Positions 47,778 to 58,006 of a DNA stretch of 64,000 nt are shown here, piece after piece. Under the pieces are notes generated by a model. That model was not told the DNA's origin. It searched no databases and worked only from the letters and a program-made list of their open reading frames with translations. Every line of letters begins with the position of its first letter. The stretch's first letter is position 1. The translations under genes and the position numbers were made by a program. The stretch comes from an uncultured archaeon (GTDB lineage: Archaea; Nanobdellota; Nanobdellia; Pacearchaeales; GW2011-AR1): contig CABMGN010000008.1 of NCBI GenBank assembly GCA_902385635.1, positions 197,147 through 261,146 of the forward strand, read 5' to 3'.

Positions 47778-49313
47778 ATGGTAGAAACAGAAGCTTCAAA
47801 AGAAAAATTTCTTTTAAAAGTAAAAAAGTGGTTAAAAGACCCCCAGAATCTTGTATTAATCGGAATACTTTTGTTGGCGCTAGTACTTAGATTATATTAC
47901 TTTTTTTTAACAACAAATCAACCTTTATGGTGGGATGAATCAGAATATATGCTTAAGGCAAAAAGCTTTGCTTTTGGCACCCCCGATACTGGATGGTGGT
48001 ATGGAAGACCCATACTCTTTTCGGTAATCTCTTCATTTTTTTTCAAAGTAGGTCTTGGAGAGTTGGGTATAAGATTCTTGTGGGTTTTGGTTTCTCTAGC
48101 AACAGTATACCTCGTTTTTTATCTAGGCAAAACCTTATTCAATAAAAAAATTGGATTAATTGCAGCATTACTCGCTTCATTATCTTATATAGACCTATTT
48201 TATACTTTAAGATTGTTAGTTAACCTTCCGGAAGTTTTCTTTGCGCTTCTAGCTTACGCCCTTTTTGTGAAAGTTGAATTCGGTCAGGGCTCTAAAAAAT
48301 TAATTTGGGCAATAATTCCCATAATCCTTATAGGGGTTTTAATCCGTTTTACTGTTGGATTAACTATCATTGTCTTGCTAGTTTTCCTTCTCTCAATTAA
48401 AGGTCTAAAACTTTTAAAAGAGAAGGAGTGGTATATCTCAATTCTGATAGGACTCTTGCTCTTTTTGCCTTATGGAATCTATTCCTGGATAAAGTATGGA
48501 AATCCTGTTTATGTAATAATGTCTGTTCTAGTGGGCTCTACGGGTCAACGGGCTGTAGGGGATACGCCCTTTAAGATTTTCATTGACTATATTAAATATT
48601 TGCCAAGTTACACACAGATAGTTCTTTTCATCTTTTTTATTATAGGTTTAGTTGTAATTCTCTTTAATTTAGTCATACTCTTTGATAAAATAAAATCCGA
48701 GAGCTCTCAGAAGAAAAATTTGTTCATCATCATTGCTTTTTTAATTCCTTTAATTTACTTCGGATTTTTTGTTAACCATTTTGAAGATAGATATCTTTCG
48801 CTGGCTTTACCTTTCATTTTTATAATAACTGCATACGGTTTGTTCCTGGCTTACAATTTTATTAAAATACACATAAACAAGATTATTGCATTAGTCTTCA
48901 TACTAGGAATACTCCTTTTTGGGTGTTATAGCATGTATACTAATTCTAACGCAATAATTACAGATAAGATAAATTCGTATAGCGACCTCCGAGACACCGG
49001 AATATGGATAAAAACTAATTCTCTTCCAACAGACGCGATTATCTCCGCGGCTGTACCAGAATTAACCTACTACAGTGAACGCCCAACCTACCATCATGCA
49101 GATAACCTTACTGGAGAATTGTCCCTGATAACCGAAAAAAATGTCAAGTTTTTAGTTATAACTAGCTGGGAAAAATCTCCAGACTGGACTTATGAATTTT
49201 TTTCTAAACCGGGCCAATTTCCATTAGTTCACCAGTCAGTCTCAACGTATCGGGGCCAACAAATGTTTGCATTGGTTTTTTGGGTTAACTCTTCAAGTAC
49301 TCTCCAACCATAA
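47778..49313 (+). CDS. GT-C membrane glycosyltransferase (GT39/ArnT-like)
   Basis: PLWWDESEY, RP, many TMs, EDRYL. Confidence 0.85.
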   Translation: MVETEASKEKFLLKVKKWLKDPQNLVLIGILLLALVLRLYYFFLTTNQPLWWDESEYMLKAKSFAFGTPDTGWWYGRPILFSVISSFFFKVGLGELGIRFLWVLVSLATVYLVFYLGKTLFNKKIGLIAALLASLSYIDLFYTLRLLVNLPEVFFALLAYALFVKVEFGQGSKKLIWAIIPIILIGVLIRFTVGLTIIVLLVFLLSIKGLKLLKEKEWYISILIGLLLFLPYGIYSWIKYGNPVYVIMSVLVGSTGQRAVGDTPFKIFIDYIKYLPSYTQIVLFIFFIIGLVVILFNLVILFDKIKSESSQKKNLFIIIAFLIPLIYFGFFVNHFEDRYLSLALPFIFIITAYGLFLAYNFIKIHINKIIALVFILGILLFGCYSMYTNSNAIITDKINSYSDLRDTGIWIKTNSLPTDAIISAAVPELTYYSERPTYHHADNLTGELSLITEKNVKFLVITSWEKSPDWTYEFFSKPGQFPLVHQSVSTYRGQQMFALVFWVNSSSTLQP

Positions 49314-50007
49314 TACAGCTCGCGTATGAGAATGGCTTCCCATACTTACATTTCAGAGCATCCTCTTTGGAAACTTCAATCCACTCATCGCTTCCTTTTT
49401 TCTTAAGAAATTTCTGTTGTAAATAGTTTAACTCTTCTTTTTCAATTAAAGAATCTAACTCGGGGTTATACCCCATCGGAATTGTAATAACAAGCTTTCC
49501 TCCCAGGTCTAGAACATTATTAATCACGTGATCTAAGACAGCTTTAATCTTTTCTGAAGAAGAAGTTTCACAGTCATCATCATAACCTATATGCTCAAAA
49601 GTGGATATACTCACTATCAAATCATATTTCTTCTTTGGTTTAAATCCAAGAACATCTTGGTTAATAACTCCCGTCCCTTGCTCGTATTTGTCTAGAACCT
49701 CCCAGTTCGTTGGGATATAATGAGATAAAACATTACCAATCTCCAACTTACGTCCTTCAAATCCTTTAATTTTCTTAAGGACAATGGGGATTTCTACACA
49801 CCTTTCATTTGCCCAAGTCATATTATACTTATGAAAAAACAAGTTATAATTTTCTTCTCCTAACCTAAACTGTCCTGGTTTTTTTAACTTAATTATAACT
49901 GGAGCAAATACTATCCTCCCGGGTTTAAGTACTAATTCTTTTAATCCAAATCGTTTTATGAACCACTTTAATTTTTCTCTTTTCGCATTATACAAATGAT
50001 TACTCAT
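49285..50007 (-). CDS. Putative SAM-dependent methyltransferase-like protein
   Basis: NERCVEIP, LEIGN, YDLIVSISTFEHIG. Confidence 0.6.
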   Translation of the reverse strand: MSNHLYNAKREKLKWFIKRFGLKELVLKPGRIVFAPVIIKLKKPGQFRLGEENYNLFFHKYNMTWANERCVEIPIVLKKIKGFEGRKLEIGNVLSHYIPTNWEVLDKYEQGTGVINQDVLGFKPKKKYDLIVSISTFEHIGYDDDCETSSSEKIKAVLDHVINNVLDLGGKLVITIPMGYNPELDSLIEKEELNYLQQKFLKKKGSDEWIEVSKEDALKCKYGKPFSYASCIMVGEYLKS

Positions 50008-51128
50008 TTTGTTTCTATTATCTCCAAAAATTTATCTGCGCTCTTTTCCCAAGTAAACTGTTTTGACCATTTCCGGGCTTCATTCCCAAATTTTTCTCTC
50101 AAGGATTTATTCTCCAACAAAACTTTTAATTTCTCTGCAAGATCTTTAGAATCTCCATAATTAAATAACAGCCCCGTTTTACCATCTACTACCGAATCTT
50201 TTATCCCTCCAACATTGCTTCCTACGACCGGAACTCCACAGTCATTTGCTTCTATGTTTACTATTCCCCACCCTTCTTTAAAACTAGGATTAACAAAAAT
50301 CCATGCTTTGTCCATTAACTCGATTTTTTTCTCTTCGCTAATCCTCCCGAAAAAAGTAACACCTTCTAAGGCTTGTTCTTTAGAATACTCTTTCATTTTT
50401 TCTAAGTCGTCTCCTCCACCACAAACCCACACTTCAGGTTTTATTTTTTGCTTTTCCAATATTTTTATTGCGTCAAGAAATATCTGTATGCCCTTGTACC
50501 TTTTTATTCTATTCAAAAAGAGGATTGTTGGTCTTTTGCTCTTAGCCCATTTTTTCTCTTTTAAACTTCTTTGAATCCCGGGGCTAACTATGCCAGATAT
50601 TCTTTTACCAATCTTCAAGTATTTAATCTCGTCTGCTGAACTTTTAGAGATAGTTATTACTTTTTCATTACTATATACTAGTGGAACAATAAACCTCTCA
50701 ATGGAATAACCAATTAAAGCTATTAGTTTTTCTTTTATTCCTTTCCCTTCGGCTTCTTTTTTCCAAATTTCTTTATGTACATGATGTACATGATAAAACC
50801 TTTTTTTATTTAAAGCAAATAGGGGGGTAAAAAATGGAAGACCATTATCTACGTCTATAATAACATCAATATCACTTTTAATCTTGAAGTAAGCTAATGG
50901 AGCTAAAGAATATAGACTTAATTCTCCCCCAACCCTTTTTATTTTTATTCCATCTATAAATTCTTCCTCTTTGCAGTTCTTCCAGCCCCCAACAATCCAA
51001 GTAACTTTATGCCCCCTCTTTACTAACTGTTTGGATATCTCATGAAAGAAAAGTTCACTACCCCCCGCCCGAGGGTTTTTGATATCCCTCCAATTAAAAA
51101 TTAGTATCCTCATTTTAAACTTCCCCAT
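50004..51128 (-). CDS. Glycosyltransferase family 4
   Basis: NWRD.KNP.AGGSE, PSFKEGWGIVNIEA..G.PVV. Confidence 0.92.
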   Translation of the reverse strand: MGKFKMRILIFNWRDIKNPRAGGSELFFHEISKQLVKRGHKVTWIVGGWKNCKEEEFIDGIKIKRVGGELSLYSLAPLAYFKIKSDIDVIIDVDNGLPFFTPLFALNKKRFYHVHHVHKEIWKKEAEGKGIKEKLIALIGYSIERFIVPLVYSNEKVITISKSSADEIKYLKIGKRISGIVSPGIQRSLKEKKWAKSKRPTILFLNRIKRYKGIQIFLDAIKILEKQKIKPEVWVCGGGDDLEKMKEYSKEQALEGVTFFGRISEEKKIELMDKAWIFVNPSFKEGWGIVNIEANDCGVPVVGSNVGGIKDSVVDGKTGLLFNYGDSKDLAEKLKVLLENKSLREKFGNEARKWSKQFTWEKSADKFLEIIETK

Positions 51129-51892
51129 ACTTTTCGGATAAGGGGTTTAAGTGGTTTACTAAATTTATCTAACGGGCTATTAATCATTCTTAAACGTATA
51201 ATCCCTAAAAACATGTTAAAGCTTGTTTTTAACGGGTAAACTGTAGAACCTTCTTTGTCTATCCAGTATGTTGGAAAATCTCTTACTTTCAGACTTTTTT
51301 TCTTCATAGCATATAGAATGTTAACATCAAAAACCCACGCACTCACTTTAAGATCCCCGAATACTTTTTCTATAGCTTTTCGTTTAAACAATTTAGCCCC
51401 ACATTGGGTATCTCTAAAATTGAGGAAAAAAAGGCACCTCACCATAAAATTAAAAATTCTGCTAATGAATCTTCTAAGGAAAGGCTGTTTTATCGGAAGC
51501 TTACTTCTTTTGTCCCATCTGTTGGCAATAATTCCATCATATTCTTGTATGTTAGTTATTAGATCATAAAAAGCATTTGGGGGAGTTGCACAATCAGCGT
51601 CGACAAAACCCATAAGATCAAATTTTTTCTCTAAAGCATATCTAAAACCCTCAGTTATAGCAAAGCCCTTTCCACCTTGTTTGAAATTTAAGAATCTAAT
51701 ATTTTCAAATTTTTTCTGATACTTCTTGACAACTTCTTCTGTTTTATCTCGAGTATTATTTATAACGACTAGAATTTCAATACTTTCTTTTTTTATTTTT
51801 GAATAAAAATTTCCATACTCTTCTAAGGTTGCTCCAATCCTTTTTTCTTCATTATATGCTGGAATAATGATACAGACTTTTATTTTTTCCAT
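51110..51892 (-). CDS. Dolichyl-phosphate glycosyltransferase (GT2, ALG5/DPM-like)
   Basis: IIPAYNEEKRI, GKG.A, FVDAD, DTQCGAKLF, FDV. Confidence 0.9.
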   Translation of the reverse strand: MEKIKVCIIIPAYNEEKRIGATLEEYGNFYSKIKKESIEILVVINNTRDKTEEVVKKYQKKFENIRFLNFKQGGKGFAITEGFRYALEKKFDLMGFVDADCATPPNAFYDLITNIQEYDGIIANRWDKRSKLPIKQPFLRRFISRIFNFMVRCLFFLNFRDTQCGAKLFKRKAIEKVFGDLKVSAWVFDVNILYAMKKKSLKVRDFPTYWIDKEGSTVYPLKTSFNMFLGIIRLRMINSPLDKFSKPLKPLIRKVWGSLK

Positions 51893-53109
51893 TTTATAAA
51901 GAAAAGTATTACCCCTATAAACATTATTATATTTGAGATTAAGAATCCCTTTATATAAACCTCAACGCTACTGCTGAAGAAATAGAGGATTCCAAGAACT
52001 ATTAATAAGATAATTCCCAAATAATAAGTATTCTTTATTTTCCCCGTAGACAAACCATAAAGAAGGACTAGGTTAGTAAATGCCATTAAACTCAGGGCAA
52101 TTCCGGAATAAATAAGATAAGGAGCAATGGCGAGATATTGATTCCCATATAATAGTTTTATTACTAATTCCGGATATAGGCCGTAGACTGCAACTGCGAT
52201 TAAGCAACAAATTCCAACTAAAAGAGAAGTTTTTATGAAAAGTTTTTTACTACTTTGGTTCTTATCAGTATTTTCGGAAGATATTGGGAACATTGCTTTT
52301 CCAAAGGCAGCAGTTCCTAGAAAGATCATCTTTCCTAGCATGGAAAGAACAGCATACTGTCCAGCAACTTCTGGGGAAAAAAATCTTTTTGCTAAGATTA
52401 TATCTAAACTAAATATGATGAAAATAAATAACATTGAGGCAAAGTACTTCGAACTTGTAGAGTATATCCCTTCAAACCTTTCCTTTTCTTCTTTTTTTTC
52501 ATTTATATCTTTATTAAAATAAAAAGCAAAAAACATACCAAGAAATACCCCTAGGACAACGCCTAAAATAGCGCCATAAACTTTCAGTCCTATTGCAACT
52601 AGAACCATAGCTAAGATCATTTTTACCGAGGATTCTATTACAAGGCTCATACCCAAAAGCGAAAACTTTTTCCTTCCTTGGAGAACACCCCTTAGCACCG
52701 GACCAATAAACGCTCCAAAAATTATTACATTTGAAAGAACAATCAACCAAAAATCAACTCCGATAAAGTAAGATAAGAAAATAGAGAATAGCCCAAAGAT
52801 AATAAATAAGATGAGAGAAACTTTAAGACTTTTCTTAATAGCTTTATTCATTAAAAATTTTACTTTTCCTTCCTCTTTTTTTATATTAAAAGTAGTAGTA
52901 TACCTAGAAATAAGATTTTGTATTGCCTCACTTGGAATACTATAGATATAGGTTATGGACATTAGCACTGCGAGAGTTCCATACTCTGCCGGAGATAGCA
53001 TCCTCCCCATAACAAAATGGAAGAGAAAGTTAAGAAAATTAAAAAGATTTATAGTGATAAATAGAATAATCGCTCCACGCTTTAGTTCACTCATTTTTCT
53101 TTTTTTCAT
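51880..53109 (-). CDS. Oligosaccharide flippase (MOP family)
   Basis: RMLSPAEYG, LDIILAKRFF..E.AG.Y; multi-TM. Confidence 0.88.
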   Translation of the reverse strand: MKKRKMSELKRGAIILFITINLFNFLNFLFHFVMGRMLSPAEYGTLAVLMSITYIYSIPSEAIQNLISRYTTTFNIKKEEGKVKFLMNKAIKKSLKVSLILFIIFGLFSIFLSYFIGVDFWLIVLSNVIIFGAFIGPVLRGVLQGRKKFSLLGMSLVIESSVKMILAMVLVAIGLKVYGAILGVVLGVFLGMFFAFYFNKDINEKKEEKERFEGIYSTSSKYFASMLFIFIIFSLDIILAKRFFSPEVAGQYAVLSMLGKMIFLGTAAFGKAMFPISSENTDKNQSSKKLFIKTSLLVGICCLIAVAVYGLYPELVIKLLYGNQYLAIAPYLIYSGIALSLMAFTNLVLLYGLSTGKIKNTYYLGIILLIVLGILYFFSSSVEVYIKGFLISNIIMFIGVILFFIKWKK

Positions 53110-53127
53110 CTTAAAATTTATGATAAT

Positions 53128-54112
53128 TTAAATAAATAAAGCAAATGCAATGAGAATAATAATTAGCTGGAATAAATTAATCACCCAAACTACTTCATAC
53201 TCATAAACTTTCTTACTCGGCTTTATCTTTCTAAGTATACTTATTGCTAAATGTTCTAACCCATAAACTTTATCATAAGGCTTTTCTAGGCTTCCATCTG
53301 GATTAACTTTAGCAAAGCTTTCTTTCTTTAATCTTCCTCGAATTTTTAGAATAACCTCTAAATATACGGGATAAACAAGAAAACTGCAATTTTTTCTATA
53401 TTTCCAAGGATGGCAATTATTGCAATCAATCCCCCCAAAGAGTAGGTTAAAACATCTCCGGGGAAAATTTTTGCGGGATATTTATTGAAGATGTAGAATG
53501 CAATAAGGGAGGTTACTGTAATTAAACAAATTAAACTTAACCAACTATTGCCGGTTATCCACGTAAAGATACCTAGTGCGGTGAATATTAAAATTCCTTG
53601 GCTTGATTCTAGACCATTATACCCCGCAATAAAGTTAAAAGTAGAAGAAGCTCCAACAATTCCAAGAGGGATTAATAGAAGAGGATAGAGAATACCAACT
53701 GGAGTCCCATTATTTCCGATTGCCCGACATTTAGGGCCATCAGGGGCACTGCCGCAAAGATAAGAAAAATAAGTCTACTTTTTTTATTTAATCCTATCTT
53801 CCATCCAAGAATATCGTCTGTGAAGCCAATAAAAGCTATGATCAATAAAGAAGTAAGAAGAGCAAATATTTCTGAAGTATACATTTGGGAATTAAAATAA
53901 AATGTTTTTATTCCTACGTAAGTAAGAACTCCAATAACGATGCCAAAGATAACAGAAACCCCTCCCGCTTCAGCAATATTCTTTTCAGCATCTTTTTTAT
54001 TCATGTCCCTGCCGGTTAAATGCACCCTATGTGCTCTTTTAATCCAAAGGGGAGTAAGTAAGAAGGTAAGCAAGAAACTAATAAGAGCACATATAAACAG
54101 CAAAGATTCCAT
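53128..54112 (-). pseudogene. aglH: UDP-GlcNAc:dolichyl-phosphate GlcNAc-1-phosphate transferase (AglH/GPT), interrupted by two 1-nt frameshifts
   Basis: N-part has G.DMNK, EAGG, GFTDD; shifted frames give NFIAGYNGLE, NKYPAKIFPGD and LEVILKIRG...to TAA at 53128; adding one base at ~53697 and one at ~53361 restores a 328-aa ORF. Confidence 0.8.
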
Positions 54113-54113
54113 T

Positions 54114-56861
54114 TTATTCTCCGTAAACTCCAGGAGTTGCTAGATTAAGGCGCTCATCTGGAAAACTAGTTCTTAAGTATTCTGATTTATAAGTTATATT
54201 CTTAGGGTAATTTATCTCCCATATTTTTATTGGGCCATAAAAGTCATTATAATAAACAAAGTCTCCAACTTGCGTCCCTTGTGAAAGAAGAAGGTTTGTT
54301 ATGTAATTATTCTCCGAATGTACTAACTTAAACCCTGCTTGTTTCTCATCAAAAAGATAAAGTCTTACTAGCTGAGAATTAATTGTTCTATTACTCATGT
54401 AAAGTGCAGCCCCAACGGGATTTATAGTAGCGGCGCCATTTGATCCCTGGCTTACTCTAGAGAATAAGAAAACTCCTGAATTCATACCCACCTTATAATC
54501 ATAAAGTTCTTTCTCTAAATATAAGTATCTTATTGGAATTAAGTACTGTTTTCCTCCCGAGATAACAACCGCTTCGGGTTGTTTTACAAATCCTTGCGCA
54601 TCTTTTCTGAAGAAAATAGCTCCAACATAAGAGGTTTCTTTTAAGAATACAATCTCAGAATTGTTTTCTTTCCAAGTGAAGTCATCTTCTACTGGGGCCC
54701 CCCCAGTATATACATAAAGTGTTTCATTAGCAGTTTCTCGTGTCTGACTCTCCTGCATTAAAAATGTAGAGATTTGAGAAAGTCGGTCATAATTTTCATC
54801 ACTTCCAATAGAAGAGAACGCGGGATATTTCCCAATGTCTGTAGAATCTATAAGTAGATGTGTTGCATTATGCGCGTATAAAAATTCTAGAGAGTCTTTT
54901 TCACTTGGTCCAGTTAGAACAAGTCTTCCCAAAAGATGATTCCAGTAAACTAAAGAATTTCCTCCATCTAATACTGTTGCTCTCTCCCCAATGCTTTGTA
55001 TCCAGTAACCATAATCCCACCAGTGACTAAATACTGCGGTTGTTGGTGTATTATCCCTAACCCACTTCATTGCGCTCTGCCATTGCCATTGATACGGCCC
55101 CGGTGCAAAATTAGTCGCAGTATATTTTTGTTCTTGATAATTAGAGTAGATAGTAAATGCTGTTGCGGAAATTAAAATAATGGCTAGGACGACAGCAATT
55201 ACTTTATTTTTTCCATCCTTTTTAGCAAAAGCCTTTTCTGAAGTTTTTACTGTTAAAAATGCTATGACAATTGGGCTAACTGCACCTAGCACCATAATAA
55301 GTCTTATTCCAGCCCTCGAAGCAATTATTGCTAGAGTTAGAATAACAAAGTATAGCATATAAGAGAAATCAAAATTCTTAAACACCTCTAAATCTTTATT
55401 TTTTACTCTTTGATAATAAACATAAATCCCACTTATCAAAAAGATTAAGACGCCTCCAAAATAAACTAAAATACTCAGGGCGCTTTTACCATCAAGAATA
55501 CTCGTAGAAGAATATCTGCTAAATATGATACTTATTAGATAAATAGTGTAGGCTACAACTAAAATTATTTTCTCTTTTTTATTTAGAGAAGAGACTAGGC
55601 TATAGAACAAAGCAACCGATCCTACAAAGAAAAGCCAGAAAAACAAGGGAATTCCCCCAACTCCGCTTCCAGAAAATATTACCGGACCAAAGCTATTTTT
55701 CCAGTCATTATTAAAATAAGGCTGTTTGTTCTCTGCTACTGTTAATCCTAAACGAGAAGTCATAGGTTCTATAAGAGAATTTTTCACATCATTAACTAAG
55801 TGAATAATCTCGTTTGGACCTAATATAATAAGTACAAGGATTAGGAGAATGATTACTGAGATTATTAGAGAAAAAATTTCTTTAGGTATTTTAGTCTTTT
55901 CTCTTAGACTCTCTACTTTTTTTACTTTTAAAACAGCTTTACTGACTATTAATAAAAATAATACCCCCATCGCCAGCCCTGTAGAAGTCGATGTTACTAG
56001 CGTTCCGAACGAATATCTTGTAGAAAAAGGCATCATAACTAAGAAAGATGTAACTATCCAAATCCCGTAGCAATAAATTTCTTTCCAACTAATCTTTCCT
56101 AAAACATATGAAAGGATAACTACTGCCGGTATCGCAAAGAATACAAAAATAAATCCCCCCCAAATAAGAGCCATTAGGCCTGTAGATAAACCTGCGAGAA
56201 TAGAAAAGATAAATCCTTTTGTTTTGGTTTTTGATGTAAACGCTTCGAGGAAAAAATAAAACGCGAAGAACATGAACGCGAAAGCTATAGATTCTTTCTC
56301 CGGAATTCCTGCGATTGTTCTAGGTAACAAAGAAGGAACTAAAACAAATAATAATGTTGCTAAAACTGCAATAATATTTCGAGTATGTTTATTCTCTTTG
56401 TAAAATATTTTTCTTGTGAATAAGAAGAAAGCTAAGCCAGTTATTGCAAACCCAACTACTGGAAAGATAACTGCCGAGTAAGTAACAGTAACATTTTTTA
56501 TGAATAGTGAGAGGAAGTCGTGGAACCACGCAATGAGGTAAGATAGTAATTTCATTTCTGAAGAAGTGTCATATCCTAATGGAACGTATCTCATGTGGTC
56601 TATTGCAAATAAAGTACCATTAGCCACTATATCTTTGGCCCATCTCAAGAATAGAAATGGATCTAAATCAGGTCCAAGCGTCCATGCCCCAGTTGTTATA
56701 TCTTTTAATTTAGAAATATTCAATGTTCTTATCCAAACACCTAAGAAAATAACTGCTGCAAGTAGGATGGAGTATATCCAAGTGGATTTACTTTTTAGAA
56801 AATTAAAAACTTTTTTCTTACGCTTCTCTAGGACTTCACTTTCTTTAGTATTTTCTTCCAT
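54114..56861 (-). CDS. aglB: Oligosaccharyltransferase AglB (STT3)
   Basis: DLDP, RTIAGIPEKE, TVAE, WWDYG, DIGK; likely start ATG56861. Confidence 0.95.
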   Translation of the reverse strand: MEENTKESEVLEKRKKKVFNFLKSKSTWIYSILLAAVIFLGVWIRTLNISKLKDITTGAWTLGPDLDPFLFLRWAKDIVANGTLFAIDHMRYVPLGYDTSSEMKLLSYLIAWFHDFLSLFIKNVTVTYSAVIFPVVGFAITGLAFFLFTRKIFYKENKHTRNIIAVLATLLFVLVPSLLPRTIAGIPEKESIAFAFMFFAFYFFLEAFTSKTKTKGFIFSILAGLSTGLMALIWGGFIFVFFAIPAVVILSYVLGKISWKEIYCYGIWIVTSFLVMMPFSTRYSFGTLVTSTSTGLAMGVLFLLIVSKAVLKVKKVESLREKTKIPKEIFSLIISVIILLILVLIILGPNEIIHLVNDVKNSLIEPMTSRLGLTVAENKQPYFNNDWKNSFGPVIFSGSGVGGIPLFFWLFFVGSVALFYSLVSSLNKKEKIILVVAYTIYLISIIFSRYSSTSILDGKSALSILVYFGGVLIFLISGIYVYYQRVKNKDLEVFKNFDFSYMLYFVILTLAIIASRAGIRLIMVLGAVSPIVIAFLTVKTSEKAFAKKDGKNKVIAVVLAIILISATAFTIYSNYQEQKYTATNFAPGPYQWQWQSAMKWVRDNTPTTAVFSHWWDYGYWIQSIGERATVLDGGNSLVYWNHLLGRLVLTGPSEKDSLEFLYAHNATHLLIDSTDIGKYPAFSSIGSDENYDRLSQISTFLMQESQTRETANETLYVYTGGAPVEDDFTWKENNSEIVFLKETSYVGAIFFRKDAQGFVKQPEAVVISGGKQYLIPIRYLYLEKELYDYKVGMNSGVFLFSRVSQGSNGAATINPVGAALYMSNRTINSQLVRLYLFDEKQAGFKLVHSENNYITNLLLSQGTQVGDFVYYNDFYGPIKIWEINYPKNITYKSEYLRTSFPDERLNLATPGVYGE

Positions 56862-56880
56862 AGTTCTCTTTTTATAGGTA

Positions 56881-57027
56881 TTACTCACTTAGAACGTCTC
56901 TCAGCAATTCGTCCGCATCAGGTTCTTTTATTATGGCAACTTCACCACAATACTGACAAGGCTTACCCTTTTGAGGGAAAGCTGATTTAAACCTATACCC
57001 ACAGTTCTTACATATGTAGTCTGTCAT
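56881..57027 (-). CDS. Small Zn-ribbon protein (48 aa; below the ORF-track cutoff)
   Basis: MTDYICKNCGYRFKSAFPQKGKPCQYCGEVAIIKEPDADELLRDVLSE*; TATA-like TTTAAATA upstream. Confidence 0.7.
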   Translation of the reverse strand: MTDYICKNCGYRFKSAFPQKGKPCQYCGEVAIIKEPDADELLRDVLSE

Positions 57028-57067
57028 AAAAGGTAGAAAAAATAGTCGTATTTAAAGATTTCTTAGA

Positions 57068-57940
57068 TTAACCAAACATGACCGGGGTAAGGTAAACCTC
57101 CATTAGGGCAGCAATAACTAAGATTAGTATCGCAATGAAGAGAAGTATTATAACATTTCAAATAACTCTGTACAATTTTTTTCCGTCCAATACATGTCTT
57201 ATTACCCCCACACCAAAGATTCCTCCGGCTAGAGCAGTTACAAAATAAGCAGTTATTTCCGGAAGACCATGAATCATATACCTCCCAAGTCCTATCGGGA
57301 TATTTGCTATTTGATATTTTGTAAAAATTCCTATTGCCGAAGCTATCACAGTAGCATTCCAAGCCAAAACAAAAATGTCCCCCGCCCCAAATATTAAAGA
57401 AAAGACTAACGTGAATATCATGACATAAACATTATTCTCAAGAATAGAAAGAAACCTCCACATATTCCCCTCTCCAGCCATCCCCCCCGTTAAACCTAAG
57501 TAATTCCCAGTCATTCCATAAGCTTTAACACACTCTTCTACATTTCCTCCGCTATTAATCATACAGTAGGTCTCTAATTGTGCATTAAACATATTTGAAT
57601 TTCCTAAAACAATATACCAAAACGAGAATGCTATAACAAATCCCAAGAATAGCCACATAAACGCGTATATAACATCTTTGTGTACTTTCCATACATCAAG
57701 GAAACCCTCTATTTTTTCATCAACCTCTTCCTCTCTTTTAATCATTCTATACATAAAAGGAAGAGAGAACATAACACAGAAAGTTACAACAATTAATCCA
57801 GAAAATTTGCTGAGAACAGCATCACCCGAAAAAAACCATCTGACTAAAAGTAGGGACAGTGATGCATAGACTAACCCTATAAAAAACATTTTCCACGGCC
57901 TCTTTTCTGCTGACTTAGGATTGATTATTGCCTCTAACAT
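57068..57940 (-). CDS. SpoIIM/DUF95-family membrane protein with an in-frame TGA at 57158-57160
   Basis: ILENN, LAWNA..I, HGLPEI.AY...LAGG; the same frame continues past the TGA as NVIILLFIAILILVIAALMEVYLTP to TAA at 57068. Confidence 0.8.
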
Positions 57941-58006
57941 AATTAGACCAAAACTAGAGAATTTTTAAACTTTCTTGACTATTCACTATTACAAAAAGAG
58001 GGCAGA

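Noticed and set aside
56881-57027. Calling the small Zn-ribbon ORF rpoP
   Set aside because: The C-terminus is acidic and helical rather than the basic K.R...K...A. pattern of Rpo12.
57158-57160. Genome-wide TGA recoding
   Set aside because: TGA ends several genes at ATGA overlaps (216, 1012, 24457), and no other conserved gene shows an internal TGA.
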